Part shown: piece by piece, positions 1 through 10,039 of the stretch | Layout: each line of letters starts with the position of its first letter | Position numbering within the stretch: the stretch's first letter is position 1 | From: Maridesulfovibrio sp. | Lineage (GTDB): Bacteria; Desulfobacterota; Desulfovibrionia; Desulfovibrionales; Desulfovibrionaceae | Direction: 5' to 3' (one strand) | Assembly (NCBI GenBank): GCA_963677295.1 | Contig: OY781931.1 | DNA: 64,000 nt | The notes under the pieces: model-generated | The model's database searches: none | What the model was told of the DNA's origin: nothing | The model's input: only the letters and a program-made list of their open reading frames with translations | Program-made: the position numbers and the translations under genes

Positions 1-347
1 AAAGCTTTTTCGTATTCTGCTACAGCTCCATTTACTGCGGACATCTGATCATGATTGACTTTCTGGGTAAATTTCTTGTTTATCTCTTCTATCTGAGTCT
101 TTAAACTAGCAATAGATTTTTGATGATCTTTTAAATAATTATCATCCTTGCGCAGCATATAATTCTTTTCAATAATCCGCGTTTCAAGCAAGGTTTTAAC
201 CATACGGTTAACATCATCCGCTTTACCGACGCGCTCCTTAATACCTGTCATTCCATTAAAACCGACAAATGCCATTATACCTGTCAAAAAAATCATCAGC
301 GCGAAACTTATCCCCAATTTCAATCCTAACCGCATATTCTTAAACAT
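1..347 (-). CDS. methyl-accepting chemotaxis protein-like sensor, N-terminal part only (gene runs off the left edge)
   Basis: Own reverse-strand translation from ATG 347-345: MFKNMRLGLKLGISFALMIFLTGIMAFVGFNGMTGIKERVGKADDVNRMVKTLLETRIIEKNYMLRKDD... It has an N-terminal TM helix followed by a helix typical of 4HB_MCP sensor modules. The frame stays open to position 1. It is absent from the ORF track because it is truncated. Confidence 0.5.
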   Translation of the reverse strand, partial: MFKNMRLGLKLGISFALMIFLTGIMAFVGFNGMTGIKERVGKADDVNRMVKTLLETRIIEKNYMLRKDDNYLKDHQKSIASLKTQIEEINKKFTQKVNHDQMSAVNGAVAEYEKA

Positions 348-500
348 ATCTGTCCCCCTGTATGCTTAAAGACTAAACCGATAACCCAAAACAACATCAC
401 CTTGAGTCAGCTATTATCATGCTAAGATTTAACACTAAATACGTTATAACAACGCCTTTTTCTTTCGTTATTACAACTATACTTAAAAAGTATATAACAT

Positions 501-540
501 AAAAAAACTCCTCACGATACGTTCGTAAGGAGTTTTTTTG
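501..540 (-). terminator. rho-independent terminator downstream of the Hpt gene (A-run/hairpin/T-run, usable in both directions)
   Basis: aaaaaaACTCCTcacgatacgttcgtaAGGAGTttttttt: 7-bp outer stem plus inner acga/tcgt pairing, flanked by A- and T-runs. Confidence 0.65.
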
Positions 541-573
541 CAAACAGTGAGTGAACAACCACAGCAATAAGAA

Positions 574-918
574 CTATATTCCTAAATAATCTCTCAATAT
601 CTTTAAAGTATTTTCCAATTCTTTTGCAATATTCGGCAAATATTCTTTTACTTTCTCAAGATGATCTTGCCTTGCGGCTAACTCTATATCTTCTGCAACT
701 CCGGCAACTTTCTCTGCACGGATTGTTGCCGAAATCCCTTTAAGAGCATGAGAATATTTAATTATTAAATTCAGATTATCTGTCTCAACAGCTTCTGACA
801 AAGAAACCAGTCTTGCCGGGGCATCTGTCAAATAAACATCTAGAATTTCCGCTCCAAGCTCCATGTCACCACCGAGATGATCGAAAAATGCCTGCTCGTT
901 AAAAAGTTCACTCGACAT
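574..918 (-). CDS. Hpt (histidine phosphotransfer) domain protein
   Basis: 114-aa ORF of four-helix-bundle size with the HxxKG phosphotransfer motif (SHALKGISATI). Confidence 0.75.
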   Translation of the reverse strand: MSSELFNEQAFFDHLGGDMELGAEILDVYLTDAPARLVSLSEAVETDNLNLIIKYSHALKGISATIRAEKVAGVAEDIELAARQDHLEKVKEYLPNIAKELENTLKILRDYLGI

Positions 919-984
919 AATATATCTCTACTGTTTGCAATAAGTTTAATTAAAAATGTCACCAGTTAAGTCTTAACTTAATAT

Positions 985-2649
985 TTAACACATATTATTT
1001 GATTTAACTATTTTTAAATATACCTTTACCTCTGATTCGATTTTACGAATCCAAAACCTCTGCCGCCCTGCGGCTATAGCTTTTTTCTCAGAATTACAAA
1101 GCTCAACAAGCCCCTCAGCCAGACGAAAAATTTTCAAGTTAACTATTCCAAGCTCAGTGCTGAATCTCCAGTCATCAGGATAATGCATAGAAAGATGTGA
1201 CAGAAAGCCAAGACGCATTGATTCAGTCCCGGCTATTCCGGTAAACAGAGCATCAAGACGCTTATAAATTTCTAAATTCTGAGGATCTAACCTAAGAGCT
1301 GAGAATAAACAATGACTCGCACATAACGGCATATCTTTATCTTCATTAAAAGCCACACCCGGAATCATTAAAATGCCAATTCTAGAAAGCTCCCGCCCCC
1401 AAAGCATCAGCAAATGGACATAATCGCGAGGACTTTCAACCTTATTTGATTGAGTCTTTGTAATATACCGTAACCAGAAATACTTTGCTAAGTCCCAGTT
1501 CCCTATTTTACTGCTGCCAATTGATGCTGTCATATTCAAAAGGGCATCATCTACTCCAACAACATTACCTATATATGTTTTAGCTATCTTTAAAAACTCA
1601 CTTTCCATATTTCCTTTTGCAAAAAAACGAAGCAAAAGGGTATCTCTAGGAACGTTTGAGTTTGCCACCATTAAACTCGCTATTACTTCTTTCCATGAAA
1701 CTGCACTGTCCCCGGCAGCGGCAAGCACAGACTGAATCTGAGTATACAAAAAATTATTATCTGATTCATCAATACAGCGCGGAGTTAACTCCTGCGCAAA
1801 ATCCAAAATTTTATTAACCCTGTCAGCAGGCATATGTTCGCGTAAAACACGCTCATATACAGCAAGTCCCATTTCGGCCGCCAGCTTTGGGTTATCCCGA
1901 AATCTATCAAGTATTTCTTTCAGCTCCAGCACATCATTATAAACAGCAATTTCTTTACCTATTTCAAAAAGTTCTCCAAGCTCCTCACCTACAAAGGGTG
2001 TAACCACAGCGCATCCGCAGGAACAGGCTTCGAACAGTCTAAAATTAACTTCACCGAAAATAGCTTCGTTAGGAACAATTTTGGTTTGCTTATACAGAGA
2101 CATCATTTCAGAATAATTAAGTCCATCCACAAGATTCAAATTGTAGTTGGCCTTTAAAAAATCAACAAAATGCTTTCTGGAAGGTCGCTGCGGTGAAACT
2201 CTTCCTACAAAAGTTAAATCATACTTACGTCTAGTATATGGAATAAGTCCCGGGTCAGTTCCGGTTTCCGGCCCAAGTCGACCCCCCATCCACGGAACCC
2301 AGCAAATTTTAGCGGTACAAACTTTTTCAAGAGCTGAAACATATTTTTTCTGAGTCGTCAGCACTCCGTCGAACATTGATCCATACAAACCATGCCAATG
2401 CATATTCATGTGAGTATCAACGGACCAAAACAAACGGATGCAATCAATTGAAGCTAACCCGTTTAAAAAGACTCTGCAGCCAAGCGATTCCTGTTGCAAA
2501 AGTATATCCGGAGCAAACTCAAGTTTCTCCAGCTCATGCAAAACATTAACTTCACGTTCCGTAGTATAAATACAACGGACGTGATGGCCTGCAGCTTTAA
2601 ATGCATCAACCATAGGTTTGCGGCAATTTATTAAAAACAATTTCTTCAT
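985..2649 (-). CDS. CgeB/DUF3880-like glycosyltransferase-family protein with an unassigned helical C-terminal half
   Basis: 554-aa ORF. The central region (NFRLFEACSCGCAVVTPFVGEELGELF...VYNDVLELKEILDRF...VLREHMPADRVNKIL) resembles the CgeB / glycosyltransferase-1-like family. Recognised by eye only. Confidence 0.5.
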   Translation of the reverse strand: MKKLFLINCRKPMVDAFKAAGHHVRCIYTTEREVNVLHELEKLEFAPDILLQQESLGCRVFLNGLASIDCIRLFWSVDTHMNMHWHGLYGSMFDGVLTTQKKYVSALEKVCTAKICWVPWMGGRLGPETGTDPGLIPYTRRKYDLTFVGRVSPQRPSRKHFVDFLKANYNLNLVDGLNYSEMMSLYKQTKIVPNEAIFGEVNFRLFEACSCGCAVVTPFVGEELGELFEIGKEIAVYNDVLELKEILDRFRDNPKLAAEMGLAVYERVLREHMPADRVNKILDFAQELTPRCIDESDNNFLYTQIQSVLAAAGDSAVSWKEVIASLMVANSNVPRDTLLLRFFAKGNMESEFLKIAKTYIGNVVGVDDALLNMTASIGSSKIGNWDLAKYFWLRYITKTQSNKVESPRDYVHLLMLWGRELSRIGILMIPGVAFNEDKDMPLCASHCLFSALRLDPQNLEIYKRLDALFTGIAGTESMRLGFLSHLSMHYPDDWRFSTELGIVNLKIFRLAEGLVELCNSEKKAIAAGRQRFWIRKIESEVKVYLKIVKSNNMC

Positions 2650-2682
2650 ATATTGTTTCTATACCCCAATGCTCATTAACTT

Positions 2683-2716
2683 AAAAGCCGCCTTTCCATA
2701 CGGAAAGGCGGCTTTA
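2683..2716 (-). terminator. rho-independent terminator after tmcA
   Basis: GCCGCCTTTCC-atac-GGAAAGGCGGC perfect 11-bp stem, followed on the minus strand by TTTTAAG. Confidence 0.7.
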
Positions 2717-2743
2717 TTAAATCAATTAATGAACCAGTCTGGA

Positions 2744-3148
2744 CTAATGTCCGGCAGGAGCTGCTCCACCGTCTGGATGACATCCGGCGCAAGTTACAGG
2801 TCCTTTGTCTTTCTTGATATGGCAGTTAATGCAAAGCTTGTGATAAGCGTTACGGAGACTTGTTTTACCTGCTTCAGCTTTAACCTGATGGCAGGATGAA
2901 CATGCCTGATCTTCCGAGCTTTCATCTTCAACAACCTTTCCGTCTTTCCAGACATGATGGCAGGTTGCGCAATCTTCAATACCGGCTTTTTCATTATGCA
3001 TATCATGCATGAATGGAGCCGCAGGTCTTTCCGGATGAACAAAAGCCGGATCCTTCAGGAATGTGATTTCATCCTGACAGAATGCTGGAATCATATAGAG
3101 AAAGACACATGCGACAACCGCCGCGACAGTTAATACTCTTTTTAACAT
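2744..3148 (-). CDS. tmcA: periplasmic tetrahaem cytochrome c3 (type II c3, TmcA-like)
   Basis: 134 aa with a signal peptide ([25 protein letters not shown]) and four CxxCH haem motifs (CATCH, CSSCH, CINCH, CAGCH). It sits in an operon with the tmcB/C/D-like genes. Confidence 0.8.
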   Translation of the reverse strand: MLKRVLTVAAVVACVFLYMIPAFCQDEITFLKDPAFVHPERPAAPFMHDMHNEKAGIEDCATCHHVWKDGKVVEDESSEDQACSSCHQVKAEAGKTSLRNAYHKLCINCHIKKDKGPVTCAGCHPDGGAAPAGH

Positions 3149-3161
3149 TGTAATCTTCCCC

Positions 3162-4478
3162 CTATTCCACTTCAGGCTTTTCCATCAGATCAAAGATCAG
3201 ATCGCCGAAGAATTTAATATCCATGCCAAGTTCATAGTAATGGACTAAATCTTCAAGCCCACCGTGGCAGTTATGACAAGGCGCAAGGATAGTCTTTACG
3301 CCGGTAGCTTTTAACTGCTCAGCCTTAATCCTGTTACCTTTCATGCGGACATTCTTAAATGGAGGTCCGCAGTTGATAACACCGCCGCCTGCAGCACAGC
3401 AATAGTTGTGCTCAAGGTTAGGATGCATTTCAACAACATTATCACAAAGTGCGTGAGCAAGTTTGCGGGATTGTTCCATCAAACCGCGTCCGCGAATGAT
3501 ATTACAAGGATCGTGTATAGTAATCGGTTCCTGGAACTTCTCACGAATTTTAATTTTGCCTGAACTGATGAGTTCCCAGAAGAATTCAACAGAATGAACT
3601 ACTTCGATCGGGTACATTTCCCATCCATCCCAGCGGTTACCCTGATCGTAAATGGAACGGAATGCGTGTCCGCACTCACCCATAACGATACGTTTAACCT
3701 TAAGATCAAGAGCAGATTCAAAATGAATTTTCTTTAGACGACCCATCATTTCATAATCACCGGAGAACATACACATATCAGAGTTGTCCCAGCCAGGTGA
3801 AGTCGGCATGGTGAAGTCAATACCGGCAGCATTCATAATAAATGCGGCCTGATAAATCAGCTGAGTACGGAATTTAGGTTCCGGAGCGATAACTGAATAG
3901 TATATCTCAGCGCCTTCCTTATCTAAAGGAATGCGAAGGTTCGGCATTTCGTCTCTGGCTTCATCTTCCTGCCATTGCAGGGTATCAATCCACTCATCAT
4001 CTTTAAGCCACATCTGATTCATTGTAGCAGCATGACTGTGAGCAGTATCCTGAATGTATTGAGGAGTTACACCTAGTTTGTGACACATACGTCTCACAAC
4101 ACTCATAATGTAACCGGTATCAATTCCAAGTGGGCAGTAATGAACGCAACGACGACAGAGGTTACATTCTGTATATGCAATCTGAGCCATCTGATAAATG
4201 AATTCAGGGCTTACTTTGCAATTATTGCGTAGTATTTCGCCCATTGTCTGATGAACCTTACCTGCGGGAGAGTAGGAAGGATCACCGTCATGGGACATAT
4301 AATAATGGCAGGCTTCGGAACACATACCGCAGCGCATGCAGGTTTCTGCATACAGCCTCAATTTTGCTCCGGTTTCTCCTTCGAGAACCTGCTTAAGAAC
4401 TGTTTCGATGCGCTCAGGCGTCAGACGGGACACGCCCCGCTCGAGCCCGGCATCCTCAATTTTCCTATCGAATGTCAT
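3162..4478 (-). CDS. tmcB: cytoplasmic FeS / CCG-domain protein (DsrK/HmcF/HdrD-like, TmcB-like)
   Basis: Start moved to ATG 4478 (AAGGAG upstream), which removes the overlap with tmcC; the ORF-track start is 4568. It has two ferredoxin-type Cys clusters ([23 protein letters not shown]) and CCG-type motifs ([15 protein letters not shown]). Confidence 0.8.
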   Translation of the reverse strand: MTFDRKIEDAGLERGVSRLTPERIETVLKQVLEGETGAKLRLYAETCMRCGMCSEACHYYMSHDGDPSYSPAGKVHQTMGEILRNNCKVSPEFIYQMAQIAYTECNLCRRCVHYCPLGIDTGYIMSVVRRMCHKLGVTPQYIQDTAHSHAATMNQMWLKDDEWIDTLQWQEDEARDEMPNLRIPLDKEGAEIYYSVIAPEPKFRTQLIYQAAFIMNAAGIDFTMPTSPGWDNSDMCMFSGDYEMMGRLKKIHFESALDLKVKRIVMGECGHAFRSIYDQGNRWDGWEMYPIEVVHSVEFFWELISSGKIKIREKFQEPITIHDPCNIIRGRGLMEQSRKLAHALCDNVVEMHPNLEHNYCCAAGGGVINCGPPFKNVRMKGNRIKAEQLKATGVKTILAPCHNCHGGLEDLVHYYELGMDIKFFGDLIFDLMEKPEVE

Positions 4479-4503
4479 TTCAATACTCCTTGTGGGGATG
4501 TGG

Positions 4504-5163
4504 TTACCAATCCTTTGAGTGGCGGACTCCGCCGAACTCTGATCCCATGTAAGCTCTGGTGAACACACCGAACAACATGTGACTGAGTCTGGAGAAAGGA
4601 ATGCTGATCAGCATAATTTCTCCGCAAAGGATATGCAGTATAAGCATTGCCTTGGGGCTTCCGATCTGGTGGTATGCCAGAATACCGAAAAGGAAAGTTA
4701 AAGCTGGAATAGTCAAAGCTACCCAGTCCTTACCGGTAGTCAGGAAACGTACATCACGCTGCAAAAAGCGGCGCAGTCCAAAATAAACGCAGCAAGCTAC
4801 GAGCACAATGGCCATGATGTCGGCAACAGTATCCGGGAGAGTCGGCCATGTAATACCGAAGAACTGATCCCAGAGGACCACGTGTCCCAAAAGGAACAAT
4901 GGAACAATGACAAGACAGATGTGAAAAACAAAAGTTACCAGAGCAGTATAAGGATTGCTCTGCCAACCGAGGGTTCCTACAGGATTGAGCCAGTGCAGAA
5001 TAGAACGCATTCCGAACTTGAAACTCATATAATGCAAGGACGAACCGTCCTTCTTTTTAGCAAGCTGGTACATTGAAACCATCTTGTATATGGAACCTAA
5101 AACAAACACGCCCCAAGCGATCCACGCCAGAGGGCCTACTACGAATGCATAAAAAGAGTTCAT
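4504..5163 (-). CDS. tmcC: membrane cytochrome b (DsrM/HmcE/NarI-like, TmcC-like)
   Basis: 219 aa, polytopic and hydrophobic with conserved His in the helices. GGAGG RBS. Positioned between the tmcD-like and tmcB-like genes. Confidence 0.7.
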   Translation of the reverse strand: MNSFYAFVVGPLAWIAWGVFVLGSIYKMVSMYQLAKKKDGSSLHYMSFKFGMRSILHWLNPVGTLGWQSNPYTALVTFVFHICLVIVPLFLLGHVVLWDQFFGITWPTLPDTVADIMAIVLVACCVYFGLRRFLQRDVRFLTTGKDWVALTIPALTFLFGILAYHQIGSPKAMLILHILCGEIMLISIPFSRLSHMLFGVFTRAYMGSEFGGVRHSKDW

Positions 5164-5181
5164 GCGTATTGCCTCCGGCTG

Positions 5182-6435
5182 TTAGAAATCACTTACGTCA
5201 GCTACGATACGGACAAACTTTCCGCCATCAATAGCACGGATAAGTACCTTGGTTGAACATGGGCTGAAAATCGGTTCCCAGCACTGTTCAAAGTCCTGCC
5301 CGTAAGGTTTTCCATCAAGAACGACAGTAAAACGTCCGTTCTTTTCAACCTTAGCAGCCACTTTGCTGCTGTCAGGACTGAAAACAGGTTTCCAAGCCAT
5401 AGCATAAGAATCGTTCCAGACTTTTCCGTCACAGATTACTGTATAGACATAATCAGTCTTTCCGAGAGCTGCAGCGCGATTTCCGTCAGGACTGACAGCC
5501 AGATCAAGAACAACAGGAGTAGTAACGCTCCAAGGTGTTCCGTTAACAGCTACAGTGAACTTGCCAAGTGAAGTAGCGACAATAGCCCAAAGCTTATTGC
5601 CGTCTGCGCTGAACTGCTGATGCCAACACTGAGCGAACTCAGCCGGCCAGATAATTTCTCCGTCCTGAGCCATACCCCATTTTCCGCCGAGACGGACAGG
5701 AGCAGCTACTGCTCCGCTAACAGGGTTGAAACAAGGATCCCAAACGCACTGAAATTCTCGCTGCCAGATTTTTCCATCAACAGCGATAGTGTAATCGTAG
5801 AGTGACTTTCTAATCTGACAAGCCACCTTCTCACACTTTGCGTCGAACACGGGAGTGTAACAGTTCATGAAAACCTTGTCCCAAGCTTCGCCATTCACAG
5901 CAATGGAATAGATACCTTTTTGAAAGGTTTCGATATCAGCCTGAGCAAGAGGTTCAACCTGAACAACAGCGGCAGTACTTTTGCCGTCGCTTCCAAGTGT
6001 AAAATTGTTAGCATTGGCAAACAGATTATCCCAGAGAACTCCGTCGACTCCCATGCAGTATTCTCCGTCCTGCTGAACAGCGCAGACAACAGAGCCGTTG
6101 GAACCGAACATAGTGCTCCAGATATAGCCATATGTTTCCGGCCAGTGTTTACCGTCAACAGCTAAAGTCCATTCACCATCCTGCTGAGTAATACCGGTCA
6201 GTCTGCCGTCAGGAGAAAATTTAAGGTAGAAAACCCGTTCATATCTCTCTTCCCACTCTTGACCGTTAACGCAAGCAGTAAAATCCCCATCGCTTGTCTT
6301 TACGACTGCCCCGACCTTCTCTCCGTCGGCACTAGCGTGGAATTCTTCCACCCACTCATATTTGGTGGACCAAGAGCTAATGTCTTGGACCTCTCGCCTA
6401 CCGGGATTCCAATCCCACGTGGACGCATTAGGCAT
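5182..6435 (-). CDS. tmcD: tryptophan-rich cytoplasmic protein (TmcD-like)
   Basis: Start moved to ATG 6435 (GGAGG 6 nt upstream); the ORF-track start is 6489. It is 417 aa with many repeated ...DG..W... units and an unusually high Trp content, matching the published description of TmcD as a Trp-rich protein. Confidence 0.65.
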   Translation of the reverse strand: MPNASTWDWNPGRREVQDISSWSTKYEWVEEFHASADGEKVGAVVKTSDGDFTACVNGQEWEERYERVFYLKFSPDGRLTGITQQDGEWTLAVDGKHWPETYGYIWSTMFGSNGSVVCAVQQDGEYCMGVDGVLWDNLFANANNFTLGSDGKSTAAVVQVEPLAQADIETFQKGIYSIAVNGEAWDKVFMNCYTPVFDAKCEKVACQIRKSLYDYTIAVDGKIWQREFQCVWDPCFNPVSGAVAAPVRLGGKWGMAQDGEIIWPAEFAQCWHQQFSADGNKLWAIVATSLGKFTVAVNGTPWSVTTPVVLDLAVSPDGNRAAALGKTDYVYTVICDGKVWNDSYAMAWKPVFSPDSSKVAAKVEKNGRFTVVLDGKPYGQDFEQCWEPIFSPCSTKVLIRAIDGGKFVRIVADVSDF

Positions 6436-6653
6436 CTTCTGCCTCCTCATTCCGAAAATCTGGTGTGTCCGCCAACACTTCCAAATCACGCTCGGTTTTT
6501 CGGGTGCCCCGCACCCTGTTTTCTAACCAAATCTAGTCACATCTCTTGGCTTAAACTAACTCACCACATAAGCTCAAAGACCTTTCTGAACTTATAACTG
6601 GTGGTTAAATCGCATATTTTATAGATCAGGACAATAGTAACTATGAGGATTGT

Positions 6654-6671
6654 TTGTCTAATTATTCACAA
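6654..6671. promoter_or_regulatory. Rex-like imperfect palindrome upstream of the tmc operon (tentative)
   Basis: TTGTCTAATTATTCACAA against the Rex consensus TTGTGAA-N4-TTCACAA (2 mismatches in the left arm), about 220 nt upstream of the tmcD start. Confidence 0.25.
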
Positions 6672-6826
6672 TAAAAAAGGATAACCATAACTTAGCATTA
6701 CAATTATCCTTCGTATAAACACTTATAAAACAATAGCTTAGCTACTTTTCTTCGACCTATAAGCACCTAATTACAACCGTCAATTAAGAGGGTATATATT
6801 TTTATTCCTACTATAATGGTAGGCTT

Positions 6827-7891
6827 TTATAATTCTAATTTTTCGAAAATATAGTCATAATCCAATTCTGAATTAACAAGGCCGGCCCCATGATTAATCT
6901 TAATCATGTCCCTTAACTTGTAACTTTCCTGAATCGCTTCCATTTTCTTTGCCACCGAATAGGTATCATCACGCACTACAATAACAGGAATTTCAAGAAC
7001 TTCAGAACGGGTTAAAATTATATCATTAGGATAAAGATTACCAGTCAGAATAAGACACGGACAGTTTCCTTCAAGAGCTACAAGCTGCACGTCAGCCCTA
7101 TCCCCGCCCACAATTACAGCTGAATTTTTATGCCTTCTGAAATGGGTAATGAAATTTTCGACCTGCATGGTTCCGATCAGAAAATTCTCAACAACTCTAT
7201 CCGCTTTTGCATGCGCAGAAATAATTTTTCCGAACAGACGCTCTGCAAGATCGCTGACTTTGATCGCCCCCATAAGAGGATCACGCGGAATTATACCGAG
7301 AACCTTAACTCCTTTTTTCTCAAGAAAAGGAATAAGCAGAGATTTAAGTTCATCCATATAATGATCCGGCACATCATTAAAGACAACACCAAGAAAATCA
7401 TCGCCGAGATCTCTTTGAACACGAAGTACATAGTCATACTTGAGTTCCTTTGAATAACGGTCAATCAGAATTGTTTTTGCTCCGAGAGCTCCGGCCACAT
7501 CAGGACCGCTTACTCCGCAATAATTACCGGAACTTAAAAAGCTTCCTGATCCGCCTATAATCATTACATCTTTATCCTTACTGAGTTCTTTATATGAATC
7601 TACAATTGCAGGCTTCAAGTCTCCAAGATCTTCAGTAAAAGCTTTTATTGTGAAATCTCTTGTAACAAGTACAGGGGTGACCTTTTCAGGGTCCTGTTCA
7701 AGTCCCAGCACTTCCTGAATAAAGGCGGCATCGGCATCTCCCGGCCTGTTTCCGTCCATATGCGGAACAGCCCCAACAGGTTTCATATAGCCGACATTGA
7801 AGCCACTGCTGCGAAACTTCAATCCTAAAGACATGGCCAAAAGATTCTTACCCGAGTATCCGGTTGTAGAACCTATATAAATACCTACCAT
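6827..7891 (-). CDS. P-loop + DRTGG domain protein (equivalent to the N-terminal two domains of long phosphotransacetylases, without the PTA catalytic domain)
   Basis: 354 aa with a P-loop-like IGSTTGYSGKN and a C-terminal ...VIVGGDRADV...LILTGNLYP...IPVIVVRDDTY region. Its ATG directly abuts the stop of the upstream acs-like gene (7891/7892). Confidence 0.55.
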   Translation of the reverse strand: MVGIYIGSTTGYSGKNLLAMSLGLKFRSSGFNVGYMKPVGAVPHMDGNRPGDADAAFIQEVLGLEQDPEKVTPVLVTRDFTIKAFTEDLGDLKPAIVDSYKELSKDKDVMIIGGSGSFLSSGNYCGVSGPDVAGALGAKTILIDRYSKELKYDYVLRVQRDLGDDFLGVVFNDVPDHYMDELKSLLIPFLEKKGVKVLGIIPRDPLMGAIKVSDLAERLFGKIISAHAKADRVVENFLIGTMQVENFITHFRRHKNSAVIVGGDRADVQLVALEGNCPCLILTGNLYPNDIILTRSEVLEIPVIVVRDDTYSVAKKMEAIQESYKLRDMIKINHGAGLVNSELDYDYIFEKLEL

Positions 7892-10039
7892 TTATGCCTC
7901 CTTTGAAAGGTCGTCATCTACACTCAAACCTGATTCTTCACTGTCAGATGAAAGTTTGACTATCGTCATGTGAGCATCCGCAACCAACGCTTCGTCAGAA
8001 CTTACAAGTACAGGATTAAATTCAGCTTCGTATATTTCAGGAAAATCATCAGCCAGACAAGACATTCTTATCAAAACATCTGTTATCGCATCAAAGTCCG
8101 CAGGCTCACCACCCCTGACTCCTTTAAGCAACATGTAAGAACGAATTTCGCGCACCATTTCAGCCGCATCTTCAACGGAAAGAGGTGTAAGGCGGTACGA
8201 AATATCTTTTAAAACTTCAACGTAAACACCACCGAGTCCAAACATCAACAACGGCCCGAACTGTTCATCGCGACGAAAACCTATAATTATTTCACGGGCA
8301 TCTTTTGAGGCCATCTGCTGGACAAGACACCCGGCAATATACGCACCCGGTTTAAGCCGCTGAGCTTCAGCCGTTATCTGCCAGAAAGCATTACGGACTT
8401 CTTCCTCAGTATTAAGATTAAGCCAGACTCCATTTACATCAGACTTATATGAAATATCCGGAGAAGCAATCTTAAGAACTACCGGAAATCCCAATCTTTT
8501 AGCTAAGGTTGCAGCTTCATCACCTGAACGGGCCAGATCAGAGTCAGGACTTGGTAACCCATATGCCGTAACAATGTCACGGGCCTGAAACTCCACAAGT
8601 TCTGAACGACCTGAACGTAACGCGGAATCAACAATATCTCTTGCAGCTTCATAATCGCGGTCAGGAGCTTCAAAAGTCCGTAAAGCCCTCCCTTTCCAGA
8701 TCGCATATTTGTACATGCTGTCCATAGCTCTGACAGCCTGCTTCGGGAAGTCATAAACGGGAACACCCGCTTCTGAAAAAATACCCCTTGCCTCTTCACT
8801 GTTCTTGCGCCCCATCAGACAGCAAAAAACAGGTTTACTGATTTCAGAAGCACAAGTCGCAATGGTTTCAGCAACTTCCGTTAAGTTCATATTATCTGAA
8901 GGTGAAACAATAACCAGCACACTGTTAATAGCCGGATCAAGACCGATAAGTTTTATCGCTTTGCAATAACGCCCTGCATCAGCTTCCCGTAACAAATCAA
9001 CCGGATTATAAATTGATGCGTAACCGGGCAGCATTGGTTGCAATTCCGCAATGGTAGCTAAAGAAAAAGAAGGCATGCGCAGGCTGGATTCTCCGCACGC
9101 ATCAGCGGCGAGAATACCGGGACCGCCTGCATTTGTAATTATACCTAGATTCGGTCCCAGAGGTAACTCCTGACATGAAAAAGCGTTAGACAGCTTAAAC
9201 AGTTCTTCCAGTCTATCAACTCTGATAATCCCTGCCTGATGAAATGCCGCGTCGCATGCCAGATCTGAACCGGAAATAGCTCCGGTATGTGATGATGCGG
9301 CTCTGGCGCCGGCAGCAGTTGTTCCTGATTTCATCATGATAATAGGTTTTTTCATGGAAACTTTGACGGCCTGTTCCATAAAACGGCGGCCGTCGGTAAT
9401 ATTTTCCACGTAGCCTAAAATGACTTTTGTATCAGGATCATTGCCCAGATATTCGATCATTGAAGATTCATTAAGAACAGGCTTATTCCCAAGACTAACA
9501 AACTTTGAAAACCCGATTCCATGCTCTAAAGCCCAATCAAGTACAGCTACACATAGTGAACCGGACTGCGAAAAAAAAGAAGTTGTTCCGGTCAACGGAG
9601 TACCGGAAGCAATAGAGGCATTCACGCCTGCGGAGGTATTGATAAAGCCCAGACAATTCGGACCAAGTAAATAAATACTGTTCTTTTCTGCAAGTTCTGA
9701 AATTTGTTTTTCAAGCAGCCACCCTTCACGGCCGACTTCACGAAACCCGGCTGAAAGAACTGCAACCGAGCGGACACCTATTTTAATCAGATCATTTACC
9801 GCGCACAGTACAGCGTCTCTTGGTACAGCTATTACAGCTAAGTCCACAGGATGATTTATTTCGGATATACTTTTATAAACTTTCAGGCCGCAGATTGTCC
9901 CGCCGCGAGAATTCACCGGACACAGCTCCCCCTTATAACCTGCACTTTGAAGATTAGTAAGAATCGTATTTCCGATTTTACCGGAAACAGCCGAAGCGCC
10001 CACAACGGCAATTGATGATGGAGTGAAAAGACTATCCAA
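7892..10039 (-). CDS. acetate--CoA ligase (ADP-forming), fused alpha/beta subunits
   Basis: 715 aa. N-terminal CoA-binding domain (SIAVVGAS...GKIG), a succinyl-CoA-synthetase-like middle, and a C-terminal ATP-grasp region (GFPVVLKIASPDISYKSDVNGV). Confidence 0.8.
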   Translation of the reverse strand: MDSLFTPSSIAVVGASAVSGKIGNTILTNLQSAGYKGELCPVNSRGGTICGLKVYKSISEINHPVDLAVIAVPRDAVLCAVNDLIKIGVRSVAVLSAGFREVGREGWLLEKQISELAEKNSIYLLGPNCLGFINTSAGVNASIASGTPLTGTTSFFSQSGSLCVAVLDWALEHGIGFSKFVSLGNKPVLNESSMIEYLGNDPDTKVILGYVENITDGRRFMEQAVKVSMKKPIIMMKSGTTAAGARAASSHTGAISGSDLACDAAFHQAGIIRVDRLEELFKLSNAFSCQELPLGPNLGIITNAGGPGILAADACGESSLRMPSFSLATIAELQPMLPGYASIYNPVDLLREADAGRYCKAIKLIGLDPAINSVLVIVSPSDNMNLTEVAETIATCASEISKPVFCCLMGRKNSEEARGIFSEAGVPVYDFPKQAVRAMDSMYKYAIWKGRALRTFEAPDRDYEAARDIVDSALRSGRSELVEFQARDIVTAYGLPSPDSDLARSGDEAATLAKRLGFPVVLKIASPDISYKSDVNGVWLNLNTEEEVRNAFWQITAEAQRLKPGAYIAGCLVQQMASKDAREIIIGFRRDEQFGPLLMFGLGGVYVEVLKDISYRLTPLSVEDAAEMVREIRSYMLLKGVRGGEPADFDAITDVLIRMSCLADDFPEIYEAEFNPVLVSSDEALVADAHMTIVKLSSDSEESGLSVDDDLSKEA

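Noticed and set aside
6436-6489. Extended N-termini from the ORF track for tmcD (6489), tmcB (4568), pepA (23733), echA (56132) and the FeS protein (26582)
   Set aside because: Internal start codons preceded by GGAGG/AAGGAG-type RBSs remove gene overlaps or odd N-terminal extensions. The longer forms cannot be strictly excluded without experimental data.
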